Shown: positions 12,649-26,194, counted from the whole stretch's first letter. The stretch: 63,867 bases of DNA, filler included, from Lama guanicoe (GCA_013239625.1; 204 parts of 204 records of this genome joined end to end with filler, not necessarily neighbours in it); one strand, 5' to 3'. Numbers and translations: made by a program. Notes: a model not told the origin generated them from the letters alone.

Positions 12649-15429
12649 GTGAGTGGCGGGCGCTGCGCGGCCTCCTTACGCCCGGGCCGGGCCTCGCCTG
12701 GGCGCCGGGACGCCGCGGGCCAGGCCAAGTTTGNNNNNNNNNNNNNNNNNNNNNNNNNNNNNNNNNNNNNNNNNNNNTTAATTAATTAANNNNNNNNNNN
12801 NNNNNNNNNNNNNNNNNNNNNNNNNNNNNNNNNAGGGGTGGTGGCAGCTCCCCATGTGGCTAGCCCCAGCGTACTCCTCCATTGTCTGTTTGCCCTTAAC
12901 CCTGCCCATCACACTTTTGTCTGCAGTCCCTTCGTCAGACTCTCTGCAGTCACTTTTTTGGAGCATACCATCCTTTTCTGGTTAGGGCCCCGACTGATAC
13001 AATGGGGATGATGATAGTACCGGCCTCAGACCATGGTGCTCAGGAGNNNNNNNNNNNNNNNNNNNNNNNNNNNNNNNNNNNNNNNNNNNNTTAATTAATT
13101 AANNNNNNNNNNNNNNNNNNNNNNNNNNNNNNNNNNNNNNNNNNNNACAGTTCCCTCAACATTCCAGCCAGGATGAGAATCACTGCTGGTGTCTCCTCCT
13201 CCTCCTCATCCTGTCTGATGGCAGGGGCTGTGGGGGCTCAGATCTAGAGGAGAAACTGTTCAGGTAGGAAAGGAGGGCAGGGTCATTGTCATTGGGCTCC
13301 ATGGGATATGTCTGCTGCCTCAGCCTGGCCTGGACAGCCAGCCTGAGACAACTGACCCCNNNNNNNNNNNNNNNNNNNNNNNNNNNNNNNNNNNNNNNNN
13401 NNNTTAATTAATTAANNNNNNNNNNNNNNNNNNNNNNNNNNNNNNNNNNNNNNNNNNNNTGAAAGATTTATATAAACTACAGTATGGAACATATTTTACC
13501 TCACAACCCGTGAAGTGTATATGTGTGTATATATATATACATATATATACACACACACAAACATATTTATGAATATATTCATATGAATATGTGCGCAAAT
13601 ATTTAATATACATATGCATATACATATATTTTACACAAGCAGTACCTTTGTTGGAAGGGCTATATTCTACTANNNNNNNNNNNNNNNNNNNNNNNNNNNN
13701 NNNNNNNNNNNNNNNNTTAATTAATTAANNNNNNNNNNNNNNNNNNNNNNNNNNNNNNNNNNNNNNNNNNNNGCTGTACACCAGAAACCAATACAAAATT
13801 GTAAATCAAATATACTTCAATAAAAATTTTTTTAAAAAACCACGGATATCACCTCATATCCATTAGAATGCTATCACACACACACACATACAAACACACA
13901 CACAGAAAATAAATATTGGTGAGGATGTGAAGAAATTGGAATTTTTGTGCACTGTTGGTGGGATTATAAAATGGTGCAAATGCTANNNNNNNNNNNNNNN
14001 NNNNNNNNNNNNNNNNNNNNNNNNNNNNNTTAATTAATTAANNNNNNNNNNNNNNNNNNNNNNNNNNNNNNNNNNNNNNNNNNNNGACCCTCAGGCTGAG
14101 GAAGGAGGAGGAAAGAGACGGAGATGCTGACAGCACACAGACAACCTGCAATGGGAATAAATAAACCACATAAATGTAGCTCTGCGAACTCAACATGCAG
14201 AGCTGAGGCCGGTCAGTGAATTTTACAAAGGATTAAACAACTCAGCAGGCTCTAAGGGTCAGGGAACAGGAACTTATGCTTTTAATTAGAACCTTGCANN
14301 NNNNNNNNNNNNNNNNNNNNNNNNNNNNNNNNNNNNNNNNNNTTAATTAATTAANNNNNNNNNNNNNNNNNNNNNNNNNNNNNNNNNNNNNNNNNNNNGT
14401 CGAAGGCGGTGTTCTGCCATCACCATTTTTATGGAAAGCCTGGGAGGCGAGGAGGCGCTCTGGCTGCAACAACGGGCTTCAGGATCGGCCCACATGGGGT
14501 CCGAGTCCTGGTTCCCACTCTGCCCACATGAGCCGCCTCAGCGCTCCGAGCCGCACGCAGAATGGGTTTAATGGTCGCCACATAATACGGAGACTCACTA
14601 CCGGACGGAACNNNNNNNNNNNNNNNNNNNNNNNNNNNNNNNNNNNNNNNNNNNNTTAATTAATTAANNNNNNNNNNNNNNNNNNNNNNNNNNNNNNNNN
14701 NNNNNNNNNNNGTTTGATTCTTTCCTTCTGTAAACAATTTTTGAAATAAGCTGTTGGTCATTCACTGTCTTCCAAAGGTAACCAGTGAGGGATTTTCTTT
14801 ATTTTCCACTTTCATGAAGCCTTGGTATTGAACATTAGTTGGTGCCCTTGATCCATTGTGGTTATTATTCTCTTTGATGCTCTAATTATCCAACAGAGAG
14901 CAGTGGGCTCCTGAGTCCTCTGACNNNNNNNNNNNNNNNNNNNNNNNNNNNNNNNNNNNNNNNNNNNNTTAATTAATTAANNNNNNNNNNNNNNNNNNNN
15001 NNNNNNNNNNNNNNNNNNNNNNNNTTACATTAATATTTCATTAACTAATGTAAGAATGAGCATGACTAGGATAAAGCCTTCTGGGTAATGGGCACAATAA
15101 CTGATGACATTTCTTGGTTTCTCTGAAGTGTACCGTCTAGATTGAAGCTCTTTGTTACCATAGCAGCTGTAGAAGAGAAGGGAGTTTGAGATGTACTTTC
15201 CAGAAACCCTTGGAAGTGACTACAGTGTCACCAGCTTNNNNNNNNNNNNNNNNNNNNNNNNNNNNNNNNNNNNNNNNNNNNTTAATTAATTAANNNNNNN
15301 NNNNNNNNNNNNNNNNNNNNNNNNNNNNNNNNNNNNNCTGGGAGAAAAATCATCACCAAGAATTTTCAAGCACACAGGTGCCCAAAGCTTCCTTTGAAGG
15401 GAAAAGTCCTTCTGGATTTTCAGTCTAGA

Positions 15430-15550
15430 CAGGGGGTCAGCAAACATTTCTCCGAGAGCAAGCTAGCAAATATTTGAGGCTTTGGAGCCATACTGTCTCC
15501 GCTGCAGGTACTTGGTTCTGCCACTGTGGGATGAGAGAGCTGCAGGCAAC
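15430..15550 (+). mobile_element. MER58A-like hAT-Charlie MITE
   Basis: cagggggtcagcaaac...gcaaatatttgaggcttt...gccatactgtctc...ctgccactgt follows the recalled MER58A consensus. Confidence 0.7.
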
Positions 15551-18235
15551 NNNNNNNNNNNNNNNNNNNNNNNNNNNNNNNNNNNNNNNNNNNNTTAATT
15601 AATTAANNNNNNNNNNNNNNNNNNNNNNNNNNNNNNNNNNNNNNNNNNNNGGGGCACGGCGGGGCGGGTGGAGTGAAACACGGGAACGAGGGCTGCCGGG
15701 GACCAGAGTGTGAGCACAGCAAGACCCAAGGCGAGCACGGTTCTGACCAGCTTGGGCCACTTGTCGCTGAGAGGAGGCATAAGTTCGAGAGGCAATGAAA
15801 ACCAACAGTGTGGGTCCTTGAAGGTCAAGGGGAGACGCTTAGACTCCAGAGGGGATGGGCAGCNNNNNNNNNNNNNNNNNNNNNNNNNNNNNNNNNNNNN
15901 NNNNNNNTTAATTAATTAANNNNNNNNNNNNNNNNNNNNNNNNNNNNNNNNNNNNNNNNNNNNTGTATTTACTTATAAAAATTCTTTCAGGTTATGGTAT
16001 CCTCAAAAAAAATTTTTTTAAACAAATGAACCCACTGAGGCAGATGTAAAATTTTACCTAAATGTGGCTTTCCCATGTAATAGACCATCTTCGGATAGAT
16101 ACCTTCAGGGGCTAGGCAGGTTAACTAGTATAAGGCTTACAGAGTATAAAAGCTTGTGTAGCCTAAAAGCAGTAAANNNNNNNNNNNNNNNNNNNNNNNN
16201 NNNNNNNNNNNNNNNNNNNNTTAATTAATTAANNNNNNNNNNNNNNNNNNNNNNNNNNNNNNNNNNNNNNNNNNNNGTTTTATCTTAGAATCTCAATTGA
16301 AACTTCAATTTTAATATCATTACATATGTATATAATAATTTTATTGAAATCTACAGTGGTGCAAAATGGAACTAACTCTCAGCACTGGCTCCTACCTCTC
16401 CGACTAAAAGTTCATCATTTACTTACACTACACTGCTTCGTATATCTCTGCTTTCGTCTTGCTGCCCTCTCTATCCCAAATACCGTTGCNNNNNNNNNNN
16501 NNNNNNNNNNNNNNNNNNNNNNNNNNNNNNNNNTTAATTAATTAANNNNNNNNNNNNNNNNNNNNNNNNNNNNNNNNNNNNNNNNNNNNCCAGCCCAATC
16601 AATCAAAGACCAATGGGGGCAAGCCTGTAGTTCTACAAAGCCAGGTTTGTGGATCTATCTCAGTGAGAAAGACTACACTGATGGAACCCACGATATGTTT
16701 CCACAGAGGAAAAGAGTAAGTTTTTGTAGGATATGGTAAAGGTGGCATGTGGGTGAAATATAACAGAAGCCTAAAAACAAGCTGGTGCTTTGTATGAAGG
16801 GGNNNNNNNNNNNNNNNNNNNNNNNNNNNNNNNNNNNNNNNNNNNNTTAATTAATTAANNNNNNNNNNNNNNNNNNNNNNNNNNNNNNNNNNNNNNNNNN
16901 NNGCCAAACAGCAGTGTGATTTCAGCAAAAATTCTAGCTTCAGCCTGATCCCGCAGGGGAGGCCTGAGAGAGTATGTTCCATCTCCCAATTTGTGCCACC
17001 TCAAGGCAGGGGAGCTGAGCTTTCATATTCCTGTGCAATCGGTCTCTGGCTAAAAGCCACCTCAGCGTCTGGCTGGGTAACATAAATTCCCAGATACTTG
17101 CAGCCTCTACACAAGNNNNNNNNNNNNNNNNNNNNNNNNNNNNNNNNNNNNNNNNNNNNTTAATTAATTAANNNNNNNNNNNNNNNNNNNNNNNNNNNNN
17201 NNNNNNNNNNNNNNNTAGAGATGACTTGTGTTGGAATTATAGGACAGGAACTTTAAAAATGCTATGATTAACATGTTGAAGGATGCTTAAGACACATTTT
17301 TAAAAACAGAAGGGAGCGTCGAAGAGCAGTGCGCCTGTCTCATCAGTACTCAGACGCTCTCAACTCCATGTAACCTCTGGGAGTTGTCTCAGATCAGCAC
17401 TGTTTCTTCTTTACCTGAATGTTTGAAANNNNNNNNNNNNNNNNNNNNNNNNNNNNNNNNNNNNNNNNNNNNTTAATTAATTAANNNNNNNNNNNNNNNN
17501 NNNNNNNNNNNNNNNNNNNNNNNNNNNNGAGCTCAGCCGGGACATGAAAGGAGGCGGAGGGCGAAAGCTGAGACCTGGGAGGGGTACCGTACGGATGGGA
17601 TCCACTGACAGGGGTCCATACTGAGGCTCCACAGTCACACACTGAGAAGCATCAAACGCACATGTCCTGAAAAAAATTCTTGAGCTGGAGACCGTATGGT
17701 TGGAATCCTGAGCAATTAGAATATACTCTGTCTAAAGTGAGNNNNNNNNNNNNNNNNNNNNNNNNNNNNNNNNNNNNNNNNNNNNTTAATTAATTAANNN
17801 NNNNNNNNNNNNNNNNNNNNNNNNNNNNNNNNNNNNNNNNNCGCAACAAGCCGGGGAGTTAAAACATCAGAAGCGCAGCGTCTCCCAGCTCCGGGCTGAG
17901 TGTCTGAAGCCACCGTGGTGAATGCCACGCGCCGGCCACGGTCCACCCGAGCCCCGGACCCCCGGCACGGCCCTCCGTTCACTGGCCTGCGCGCCACGCA
18001 GCACGAAGTCTCACCAGTCCCACCGCCACCAGCACGTTCGTAAACGCCCAGTCCNNNNNNNNNNNNNNNNNNNNNNNNNNNNNNNNNNNNNNNNNNNNTT
18101 AATTAATTAANNNNNNNNNNNNNNNNNNNNNNNNNNNNNNNNNNNNNNNNNNNNGGGAAGTTACACAACCAACCGAGATCACACCTAAGTGGCCAAGCTG
18201 TGGCTCTAAGCGAAGTTATCTGACTCTCAATCCAG

Positions 18236-18367
18236 ATTTTTTTTTAATTCTTTTTTGGGGGGGAGATAATTAGGTTTTTAATGTTATTTTAGTGGAGTAC
18301 GAGGACTGAACCCAGAACTTCATGCATGCTGGGCATGCACTCTACCACTGAGCTATACCCTCCCCTC
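18236..18367 (-). mobile_element. tRNA-derived SINE, camelid Vic-1-like
   Basis: The reverse complement is ggggagggtatagctcagtggtagagtgcatgc...ctgggttcagtcc...aaaaacctaattatctccccc followed by an A tail; pol III A and B boxes are visible. Confidence 0.85.
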
Positions 18368-20658
18368 NNNNNNNNNNNNNNNNNNNNNNNNNNNNNNNNN
18401 NNNNNNNNNNNTTAATTAATTAANNNNNNNNNNNNNNNNNNNNNNNNNNNNNNNNNNNNNNNNNNNNTTGTAAATAGAATTTGTGTCATTTTTTTTATAG
18501 ATTCCACATATCAGTGATATCATATGATATCTGTCTTTGACTTACTTCACTCAGTATGATCATCACTAGGTCCATCCATGTTATTGTTCTTCTTAATGAT
18601 TTGTTCTGCTAATCTTTCATGAGGAACATCGTTAGTCAGATGTTATCTTGAACTCATTTTGCATCTTGAATATTAATGTGNNNNNNNNNNNNNNNNNNNN
18701 NNNNNNNNNNNNNNNNNNNNNNNNTTAATTAATTAANNNNNNNNNNNNNNNNNNNNNNNNNNNNNNNNNNNNNNNNNNNNGGCATCTATCATGTCACATA
18801 ACATTTCATTTACTGAATTCTTAAAATTGTTACTTTACTCAGCGGTGAAGCGATGTGGTATCAGGTATTTGCTACAATCTTGTCAACAGTTAACAGTAAG
18901 GTAAAACAAGAAAGTGCATTTGGCACTAATTCATAGGAAAAAAATATCACCTAAAACATGCTCTCAGAATCTATGAAAGTTAGTGATGATGATNNNNNNN
19001 NNNNNNNNNNNNNNNNNNNNNNNNNNNNNNNNNNNNNTTAATTAATTAANNNNNNNNNNNNNNNNNNNNNNNNNNNNNNNNNNNNNNNNNNNNGGTTAAT
19101 TGACATATTCTTCACCTCACAGAATTACTACTTTGTGTGTGTGGTGAGAATATTTAAGATGAGTAAGTACTTGGGATCTAATGTACAGCATGCTGCTTGG
19201 TCTGTTTTGATGAATTTTTAAACAAATCTTTTGATCTCTGTTGATGACTTCATGTATAGCATAGAGCTTCTAATATCTACCAGCTTTCCCACATCTTAGA
19301 TGACTTNNNNNNNNNNNNNNNNNNNNNNNNNNNNNNNNNNNNNNNNNNNNTTAATTAATTAANNNNNNNNNNNNNNNNNNNNNNNNNNNNNNNNNNNNNN
19401 NNNNNNTGTACAATTAGCCAAAAGGCAATTTCCTAAATGGATAATTCTCTGAAAGAAATTCCCTGAGAAGGACAGCTTTTTGCAAATTGCTTTTCGGTAA
19501 AATGACCCATATTCCTCCCTGGATGAGTAATCTCATCCACTCACATGGACTGAACTACCGCTGTGTGCTTCTGTCTCCCATATCCACTTAAATATTCAAC
19601 TTGTTCCCTGGACACATTANNNNNNNNNNNNNNNNNNNNNNNNNNNNNNNNNNNNNNNNNNNNTTAATTAATTAANNNNNNNNNNNNNNNNNNNNNNNNN
19701 NNNNNNNNNNNNNNNNNNNGCACGTATAGCTGTTGATCCAGATGTGATTTCGATTTGCAAAGTTGGAACTGTGATGTGCCTCCTATTTTGCTAATGTGCT
19801 GTTTGCTCTTAGCAACAGATTTTGATCACGTCTATAAACAGCTCTTCCTAAGCTGTCTTCCTCTGAAGTTTGGAGTTGCTAGCCTAAGCTCTGAGAATTA
19901 GGTTGATACAATATGCATTTCCCCCTTTTCTGNNNNNNNNNNNNNNNNNNNNNNNNNNNNNNNNNNNNNNNNNNNNTTAATTAATTAANNNNNNNNNNNN
20001 NNNNNNNNNNNNNNNNNNNNNNNNNNNNNNNNCTGGAAACTAACATAGAGAAAACAAGACATATATTGTAGCAAAATTTTCATATATCACACTCCCAAGC
20101 AAAAAACAATAAAACCAAATAAACAAAAAGATCCTAATTAAACTTAAAAGCTTCTACACAGCAACATAAACAAAATGAAAAGATGAAATTCCAATTGCAG
20201 AAAACATTAGGAAACAATACAATCAACAAGAGGCTAATTTCTAAANNNNNNNNNNNNNNNNNNNNNNNNNNNNNNNNNNNNNNNNNNNNTTAATTAATTA
20301 ANNNNNNNNNNNNNNNNNNNNNNNNNNNNNNNNNNNNNNNNNNNNGCAGCTGTGAGGCTTTAGATGGGATGATACATGTTAAGCTTTCACTTTCTGTAAG
20401 AACAATAACCACTTCTACGGAGCATTTCTGATGTTCCAGCCACGTGCACTTTCCCCGGCTTTATTTCAGTGAGGTCTCCCACCAACGGCGGGCTGAGGTT
20501 CTGTTGATGGTCCCTGTGTTGCTGATAAGCAAACTGTAGCTCAGAAACTTCAAAGACCNNNNNNNNNNNNNNNNNNNNNNNNNNNNNNNNNNNNNNNNNN
20601 NNTTAATTAATTAANNNNNNNNNNNNNNNNNNNNNNNNNNNNNNNNNNNNNNNNNNNN

Positions 20659-20871
20659 AAAGCTGGAGATTTCCTGGCTGTAAACTATACTAAAAAGCTA
20701 CAGTAATCAAAACAGTATGGTACTGGTACACAATCAGACACATAGGTCATTGGAACCTAACAGAGAGCCCAGAAATGAACCCACACCTGTATAATCAATT
20801 AATCTATGACAAAGGAAGGAAAAATATACAATGGGGAAAACACTGCCACTTCAACAATGTTGTTGGGAAAA
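20659..20871 (+). mobile_element. LINE-1 ORF2 fragment
   Basis: Encodes [12 protein letters not shown]...ESPEMNPH...QLIYDKG, the conserved L1 ORF2 C-terminal region. Confidence 0.9.
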
Positions 20872-20973
20872 NNNNNNNNNNNNNNNNNNNNNNNNNNNNN
20901 NNNNNNNNNNNNNNNTTAATTAATTAANNNNNNNNNNNNNNNNNNNNNNNNNNNNNNNNNNNNNNNNNNNNAG

Positions 20974-21161
20974 AGGGCAGAAAAGCTCACGCTGGCACAG
21001 GAGGAGGAACCAAGGCGCATCCTGGCCAAGGGGCCGAGGACCGCCGACCCTGAGGAGTTCCTCCAGGCTTTTTACAAAGTCTTGGAGAAGCAGAGGCCGC
21101 AGCAGAATGACCCAGAAGAGGAGAACATCAGAGCAACAGAGCCGTGGCCATGCTCAGCCAG
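20974..21161 (+). CDS. Candidate coding exon fragment of an unidentified gene
   Basis: Open frame [62 protein letters not shown] with GC3-rich codons, ending at CAG|GTACGT. Confidence 0.3.
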
Positions 21162-23014
21162 GTACGTGACCTCCAGGCGGGACTNNNNNNNNNNNNNNNN
21201 NNNNNNNNNNNNNNNNNNNNNNNNNNNNTTAATTAATTAANNNNNNNNNNNNNNNNNNNNNNNNNNNNNNNNNNNNNNNNNNNNGGCAGCGTGAGTGCGG
21301 GAGGGGAAGTTGCCACGAGTCTTGGGGTTTGTGGAAGAACCTTCGACTTCTTTCACGTACGCAAACCCACACGTACCCTTGCAACTGGGGGCTTGTTTTG
21401 AGAGTCCGCTGGTGGCAGAAGGTGGCAACCAAGGCAGCAAGCCGCAGCGCTGTCGGTGTGTCCGAGGCTCCACGGAGGGGACTCCACGTGCTCTGTTNNN
21501 NNNNNNNNNNNNNNNNNNNNNNNNNNNNNNNNNNNNNNNNNTTAATTAATTAANNNNNNNNNNNNNNNNNNNNNNNNNNNNNNNNNNNNNNNNNNNNTAC
21601 AAAAAGCATCTTTTTTTGTCTCAGCCTTGGTCAGCATTGTCCTGGGGCCCTGTAGTGTTGGGCGATCCTTTCAAATCATAGTCTGCACATGATCTGTCTT
21701 CCTGAAGGGCCCATTTGCACTCCATGGTAAATTCCGGAATTAAAACAAACAGCCTTGCACAGTAGAGTCGTAACAATTGCTGGAACATTTAAGATCAATC
21801 AAAGTCTTGANNNNNNNNNNNNNNNNNNNNNNNNNNNNNNNNNNNNNNNNNNNNTTAATTAATTAANNNNNNNNNNNNNNNNNNNNNNNNNNNNNNNNNN
21901 NNNNNNNNNNAAAAAATCCCATGGGGACTTGAAACAATGTTTTATTTCCCTTATAAACTACATGTCCATTGTGGGTCAGGAGCTCTCAACATCACAGTTA
22001 CTCAAGTACCCAGGCTGATGGAGCCGACCCCATTATGAGTGTGTGGATCTCTGTGGAATAGGGAAGTTGATCCTTAAAGGTTCTTGCAGTTAAATGCATA
22101 ACCACAAAATACATCCATCACTGNNNNNNNNNNNNNNNNNNNNNNNNNNNNNNNNNNNNNNNNNNNNTTAATTAATTAANNNNNNNNNNNNNNNNNNNNN
22201 NNNNNNNNNNNNNNNNNNNNNNNAGAGGCTGAGGAGCCGCTGCCAACAGCATTTAAAATCATGCAACAGGATCGGCCAAGATGTCACTGTCCCTGGGCAT
22301 CAGATGCCACACCTGGGACTGTTGAAAAAGCAGCAGTGCTGCACACTGCCCCCAGAAACACAGTGACCACGCATCACTTTCCACTATGCATCACGGAATA
22401 GCCCCCACTTCTCCATCACTGATGTACAGTCCAACANNNNNNNNNNNNNNNNNNNNNNNNNNNNNNNNNNNNNNNNNNNNTTAATTAATTAANNNNNNNN
22501 NNNNNNNNNNNNNNNNNNNNNNNNNNNNNNNNNNNNCAGAGAGAATCAAAGAATTGTTTTCAATGAAGAAAAACTATTCCTGGTAACTGAGAGGTCAGTG
22601 GGACTGTCTGATGTGGGAAAAGACTCTGGCCAGGATGCCAGTATGAATCCCACTCTGCATTTAGGTACTGTGAAACTTTGAAGTTACAACATTTATGCAT
22701 CTCTACTTTCATCTTCTGTAAAATGGAAATGATATTAATTTTTGTGACANNNNNNNNNNNNNNNNNNNNNNNNNNNNNNNNNNNNNNNNNNNNTTAATTA
22801 ATTAANNNNNNNNNNNNNNNNNNNNNNNNNNNNNNNNNNNNNNNNNNNNACTAGACTAACTAGCAATTTTGCTGATATTGATGTTAATTAGCAAAGTGTT
22901 GATATTTTGGATTTTTAGCTTGTTGTATATAAACTTCGTTGAAGATTTGAAATTGTTCTTAGGCAAAAAATATTGGGTACACATTAATTACATTGGAGAG
23001 GCAAAATCTTTAAA

Positions 23015-23062
23015 CAGTCATCTCTCATTATCTGCTGAGGATTGGTTCTGAGACCCCCTCAG
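23015..23062 (+). mobile_element. MER2/Tigger-type terminal fragment
   Basis: cagtcatctctcattatctgctgaggattggttctgagacccc resembles the recalled MER2 5' end. Confidence 0.55.
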
Positions 23063-24727
23063 NNNNNNNNNNNNNNNNNNNNNNNNNNNNNNNNNNNNNN
23101 NNNNNNTTAATTAATTAANNNNNNNNNNNNNNNNNNNNNNNNNNNNNNNNNNNNNNNNNNNNCTCTCTAGATGCCAGGGCTCCTGTCCCCAAGGGCCTGA
23201 GCTCCGCCCTGAGAGTTTCTAGCAGTTTCCTCAGGCCAGGCGATCTCTGCATCCCAGACCCAGGCGTTTCTTCTCTCTGGGACGCGTCTTCCCTTTCTAG
23301 GGGAAAAGAGGAGGCAAGTTTAGCCCGCCCAACCCCCTTCTGACCCCGTGTTCTGACTTTGACCTTCACTGGCCTNNNNNNNNNNNNNNNNNNNNNNNNN
23401 NNNNNNNNNNNNNNNNNNNTTAATTAATTAANNNNNNNNNNNNNNNNNNNNNNNNNNNNNNNNNNNNNNNNNNNNAAGGTCCTACTGTAGAGCACAGGGG
23501 ACTGTATTCAATATCTTGTAACAAGCTAGAATAGAAGAGACTCTGACACAGACTGTGTGTGTATATGACCGAGTCACTATGCTGTTCACCAGAAACTAAC
23601 ACAACATTGTAAATCAACTATACATCTTTTAAATAGTATATTTTCTGCTGGTTTGCTCTTTTTAATATGTGCCTACTAGAAAATTACANNNNNNNNNNNN
23701 NNNNNNNNNNNNNNNNNNNNNNNNNNNNNNNNTTAATTAATTAANNNNNNNNNNNNNNNNNNNNNNNNNNNNNNNNNNNNNNNNNNNNCAGGTTGTGTGA
23801 CCACCATCTCTACCTTGTTACAAAGCACGTTGGGAAGATGTTCCCCAGTTCTCCACCCCTGCCCTCGGGGATCGCCGATCTGCTTTCTGCCTCTGTGGAT
23901 TTACCTTTTCTGCATGTTTCATATAAAGGGAATCATACGATGTGGGACCTTGTGTGTCTGGCTTCTCTCCCTAGTGCTTTCCAGGCTCATTCACAGTGGA
24001 GNNNNNNNNNNNNNNNNNNNNNNNNNNNNNNNNNNNNNNNNNNNNTTAATTAATTAANNNNNNNNNNNNNNNNNNNNNNNNNNNNNNNNNNNNNNNNNNN
24101 NCGTGCCACGCTTGCCAAGTGACGAGCTGCCCTCCTCAGCTGTCACGGAGACGGTGGAGGGCCTGGGACTGAACAAGCAGCGCCTTGCGGCAGGCAGCCT
24201 CCCTGAGTCACGGGGTGAGGGCTGGGGGAGCGGCCAGGAGCCCCGGCACCCCGGGCCCGAGTTCTGCGCAAGGACACCGAGCCCGCAGGGCTGCCTCCGA
24301 GCTGCTGCCACCAGNNNNNNNNNNNNNNNNNNNNNNNNNNNNNNNNNNNNNNNNNNNNTTAATTAATTAANNNNNNNNNNNNNNNNNNNNNNNNNNNNNN
24401 NNNNNNNNNNNNNNATATATATATATATGTATTTTTCTCCTGGCTTTGAATTTTAAAGAAGTTAGCATCTTCTATGCAAACTTCTAGAAATTGCTTTTAT
24501 TTTTTCATTCAACACTACCCTACTAAGTTTTATATTGCTTACTGAATATAGTTGTAGATTCATTTTCACTGCTATATCATACTCCATTGTGTGATTATTT
24601 CAAAATGTGTTTATCTGTTATCCAGCCNNNNNNNNNNNNNNNNNNNNNNNNNNNNNNNNNNNNNNNNNNNNTTAATTAATTAANNNNNNNNNNNNNNNNN
24701 NNNNNNNNNNNNNNNNNNNNNNNNNNN

Positions 24728-24940
24728 AGGGAAATGGGGCAGGAGAGGATGGCCAGGTCCCAGGTCCCAGGCGAGTGCCCGGATGCACCCCATCCAATAG
24801 GGTCCTTGGCTTCACGCAGGGAAGAATTCAAGAGCGAGCCACAGTAGAGTGAAAGTGACTTTATTCCGGGAGATACACACCCTGCACAGACTGCAGGCCA
24901 CCTCAGAAGGTGAGAGAAAGAGGCAGCAGGTGAGAGGTGG
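24728..24940 (-). mobile_element. ERV1-type LTR fragment (R/U5)
   Basis: The reverse complement aataaagtcactttcactctactgtggctcgctcttgaattcttccctgcgtgaagccaaggacc is a poly(A) signal followed by a typical ERV1 U5. Confidence 0.65.
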
Positions 24941-25353
24941 NNNNNNNNNNNNNNNNNNNNNNNNNNNNNNNNNNNNNNNNNNNNTTAATTAATTAANNNN
25001 NNNNNNNNNNNNNNNNNNNNNNNNNNNNNNNNNNNNNNNNGGACACGGCTGTGATGCTTCAGTGAAAATCCATGCAAAGTGTTTGCAACAGTTCCTTGCA
25101 CAAGTAACAGCTCAGTTGCTGTCTGACAATATAATCATGACTCACTACTATTTTACAAAGACAGCATTTCAATGAAGTAAAATGGTATCACACCTACTTT
25201 GCTTCTGTAAGGATCAGAGAGAACACTGGACTTCAATGATTCTAAGATGCTCANNNNNNNNNNNNNNNNNNNNNNNNNNNNNNNNNNNNNNNNNNNNTTA
25301 ATTAATTAANNNNNNNNNNNNNNNNNNNNNNNNNNNNNNNNNNNNNNNNNNNN

Positions 25354-25567
25354 GAGAATCGATGCACAAAGCCTCCTCTAATGGCAAACACTGGTGGAGG
25401 TGCACTGCTACAGGATAGGTGTCGTCAGGGACAACACCCGGGGATGAGCGGGCTAATACAATTCCCGCTGGACCTCCTGTAAAAAGGAAAATAAAGCCCA
25501 CGGCCCGCAGCATGAGGCGTGATCGTTTGATGTTGCCTCCGAAGTGTTTGATTACCAATTTGCCTTC
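25354..25567 (-). pseudogene. COX1: NUMT: degraded nuclear copy of mitochondrial COX1
   Basis: GGNIKRSRLMLRAVGFIFLFT-GGPAGIVLARSSPGVVPDDTYPVAVHLH...GGFVHRF aligns with COX1 [50 protein letters not shown]...GGFVHWF. There are indels and many substitutions. Confidence 0.92.
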
Positions 25568-25981
25568 NNNNNNNNNNNNNNNNNNNNNNNNNNNNNNNNN
25601 NNNNNNNNNNNTTAATTAATTAANNNNNNNNNNNNNNNNNNNNNNNNNNNNNNNNNNNNNNNNNNNNCATTGGTATTTTATAAAGGTTCCCATATGATTC
25701 TGAGTGAGACCAGGGTGAAAAACCATAAAAACCATTCCCCAAATAGATTATACCCCCAGTGCCAAAATTACTCCCAGGATAACTTTTTGTTTTAAAAAAA
25801 TGAATTAATTAATAAGCCAATAATTAACTGGCTTGGTTACTTTGATTACGTAATCAATAATCAATCTTTTTTTGTACAATCNNNNNNNNNNNNNNNNNNN
25901 NNNNNNNNNNNNNNNNNNNNNNNNNTTAATTAATTAANNNNNNNNNNNNNNNNNNNNNNNNNNNNNNNNNNNNNNNNNNNN

Positions 25982-26194
25982 AAGCCAAAAAGAGAAATCA
26001 AGATACCATATGATATCACTTATATGTGGAATCTTAAAAAAAAGTCAAACTTATTTACAAACCAGAAACAGATTCACAGACATAGAAAACAAACATGGTT
26101 ACCAGGTGGGGAAGGGGATGGTTAGGGATAAATTGGGAGTTCAACGTTTGCAGATACTAACTGCTCTATATAAAATAGGTGAACAAGAAGTTTA
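25982..26194 (+). mobile_element. LINE-1 3' UTR fragment; related pieces at 26295 (+), 27863 (+), 41049 (-), 45130 (-) and 54236 (-)
   Basis: gatatcacttatatgtggaatc...acaaaccagaaacagattcacagacatagaaaacaaacatggttaccag...gggataaattgggagtt is shared among these contigs. Confidence 0.85.

Noticed and set aside
18290..18367. tRNA gene
   Set aside because: The A/B boxes are followed by an AT-rich SINE body and A tail, with no acceptor stem; it is a tRNA-derived SINE.
25354..25567. Genuine mitochondrial or contaminant COX1
   Set aside because: Indels and loss of invariant residues show it is a decayed nuclear copy.
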